Source: a virus (taxonomy: Duplodnaviria > Caudoviricetes). Taken from it: a stretch of 35,645 nucleotides of DNA. Each line of letters begins with the position of its first letter. Within the stretch, counting starts at the first letter, position 1. The position numbers were made by a program, and so were the translations under genes. This document shows, piece by piece, positions 35,048-35,645 of this stretch. The stretch spans positions 1-35,645 of the IMG/VR virus record IMGVR_UViG_3300034894_000009; one strand, 5' to 3'. The notes below the pieces were generated by a model that saw only the letters and a list, made by a program, of their open reading frames with translations, searched no databases and was not told the origin of the DNA.

Positions 35048-35291
35048 GGTTGACGTTTGGCAGTAGCACCTTATTTGCTTTTTGCTGCCGGTGATATTCG
35101 CGACAATGATCCGCAGAACAGAAACTGTTATTATGTGAATGCTCTGCACCGCAAAGCAAGCACCTTTTTAACGGCCTTGAAGTTCCGGAGTGTGAAAAAC
35201 AGTCGGCAAAACCAACCCCATGACATAGCATGGTGCCCATTGCCATTGCCAAAACTGCATAGTTTAACTGACGTTTCATAGGATTATTCAC
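34983..35291 (-). CDS. Cassette 9 gene, FCS-type zinc-finger protein
   Basis: GGAGG SD before GTG; CLLCG...FCSADHC motif. Confidence 0.7.
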   Translation of the reverse strand: MNNPMKRQLNYAVLAMAMGTMLCHGVGFADCFSHSGTSRPLKRCLLCGAEHSHNNSFCSADHCREYHRQQKANKVLLPNVNQQRKAGSQSLDPNAEAALLPC

Positions 35292-35350
35292 TTTATCGCA
35301 CCTCCGTAGGCAGCAAAACTATAATAAAGTTCTACTGCCTAATGTTAACC

Positions 35351-35398
35351 AACGTGTCGCGCAACGTGTGATCGTTTTAATGTCACACTTGCGCTGTT
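35351..35398 (+). repeat. attC-like spacer S9 (42-nt family)
   Basis: AAC-GTGTC-GCGCAA-C-GTGT-GATCGTTTTAATGT-C-ACAC-TTGCGC-T-GTT. Confidence 0.9.
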
Positions 35399-35437
35399 GT
35401 ACGAAGTTTGGCGGTCTTCCATAGTGTTTCCGCCGCA

Positions 35438-35590
35438 TTAACACGAAAGATCACAAGGAGCGTCCCCACACTCTTCGCATAATACCGGAGACCAGTTACA
35501 CCCAGAAGCAGCTTGACCATCTACGGTATCGGAACCACACTTGGGACACTCTCCATTTGGCTTACCTAAATCCCAACCATCTGAACACAT
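35438..35590 (-). CDS. Cassette 10 gene, 50-aa eight-cysteine mini-protein
   Basis: Manual translation MCSDGWDLGKPNGECPKCGSDTVDGQAASGCNWSPVLCEECGDAPCDLSC; AGGAAGG SD; below the ORF-track length cutoff. Confidence 0.75.
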   Translation of the reverse strand: MCSDGWDLGKPNGECPKCGSDTVDGQAASGCNWSPVLCEECGDAPCDLSC

Positions 35591-35645
35591 ACGAACCTTC
35601 CTTGCGGCGGACTATAAATTCAGAGACCGCCAAATTTTGTACAAC

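Larger units (their letters stand above)
31303..35645 (-). mobile_element. Array of ten integron-like single-gene cassettes with cassette-specific terminal inverted repeats and attC-like hairpin spacers
   Basis: GTT...AAC-bounded units at 31421-31749, 31803-32066, 32118-32994, 33050-33302, 33358-33754, 33797-34106, 34149-34545, 34666-34979, 35045-35353 and 35396-35645, alternating with hairpins. Confidence 0.85.

Noticed and set aside
31692-35149. Longer N-termini given by the ORF track for cassette genes (31760, 32970, 33299, 33753, 34583, 35149)
   Set aside because: These extensions run through the right arms or spacers. SD or SD-like sequences support the internal starts at 31691, 32952, 33251, 33693, 34487 and 34921.
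31750-35395. Spacer hairpins as Rho-independent terminators
   Set aside because: No U-tracts, several lie inside coding sequence, they fold better on the non-coding strand, and they have fixed AAC/GTT boundaries.
33752-35398. CRISPR array suggested by recurring GATCGTTTTAATGT
   Set aside because: Only three copies, hundreds of bases apart, separated by whole genes, with variable flanks and no cas genes.
31421-35645. Cassettes as MITEs or IS elements
   Set aside because: No transposase, no target-site duplications, and the inverted repeats differ between units instead of being shared.
1-35645. Integrase or IntI gene, tRNA genes, stop-codon reassignment
   Set aside because: No R-H-x-x-R...Y tyrosine recombinase ORF or tRNA-like sequence was seen, and genes tile densely under the standard code.

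Overview
Most of a podovirus-like tailed phage (or prophage) genome. The left end (1-3.5 kb) holds small early/regulatory genes around two divergent sigma70-like promoter pairs, including an RHH-type regulator. A long + strand late operon follows (3.7-31.3 kb): Sf6-like small terminase, PBSX-type large terminase, portal, scaffold, major capsid, adaptor, nozzle, tail fibre, ejection proteins, a lysis-like region with a GxSxG lipase, and a 2235-aa secreted multi-enzyme protein. Two features stand out. (1) From 31.3 kb to the window end lies an array of ten single-gene cassettes, all on the - strand. Each gene is bracketed by its own ~45-nt bipartite terminal inverted repeats (GTTRKNNGAHGT ... 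CTAYAAW ... ATKTYNNMYAAC), and neighbouring cassettes are separated by attC-like AAC-hairpin-GTT spacers. Stems co-vary and most mismatches are G.T wobbles on the non-coding strand, which suggests an integron-like but non-canonical ssDNA cassette-shuffling system carried by a phage. No recombinase is present in the window. (2) Four late-operon proteins, including the tail fibre, have Sec-type signal peptides and are strongly enriched in the D-[S/T]-[AILVMT] sequon of Bacteroidota general O-glycosylation, suggesting export and host glycosylation of phage proteins. All functional calls come from motif recognition by eye; no database searches were run.
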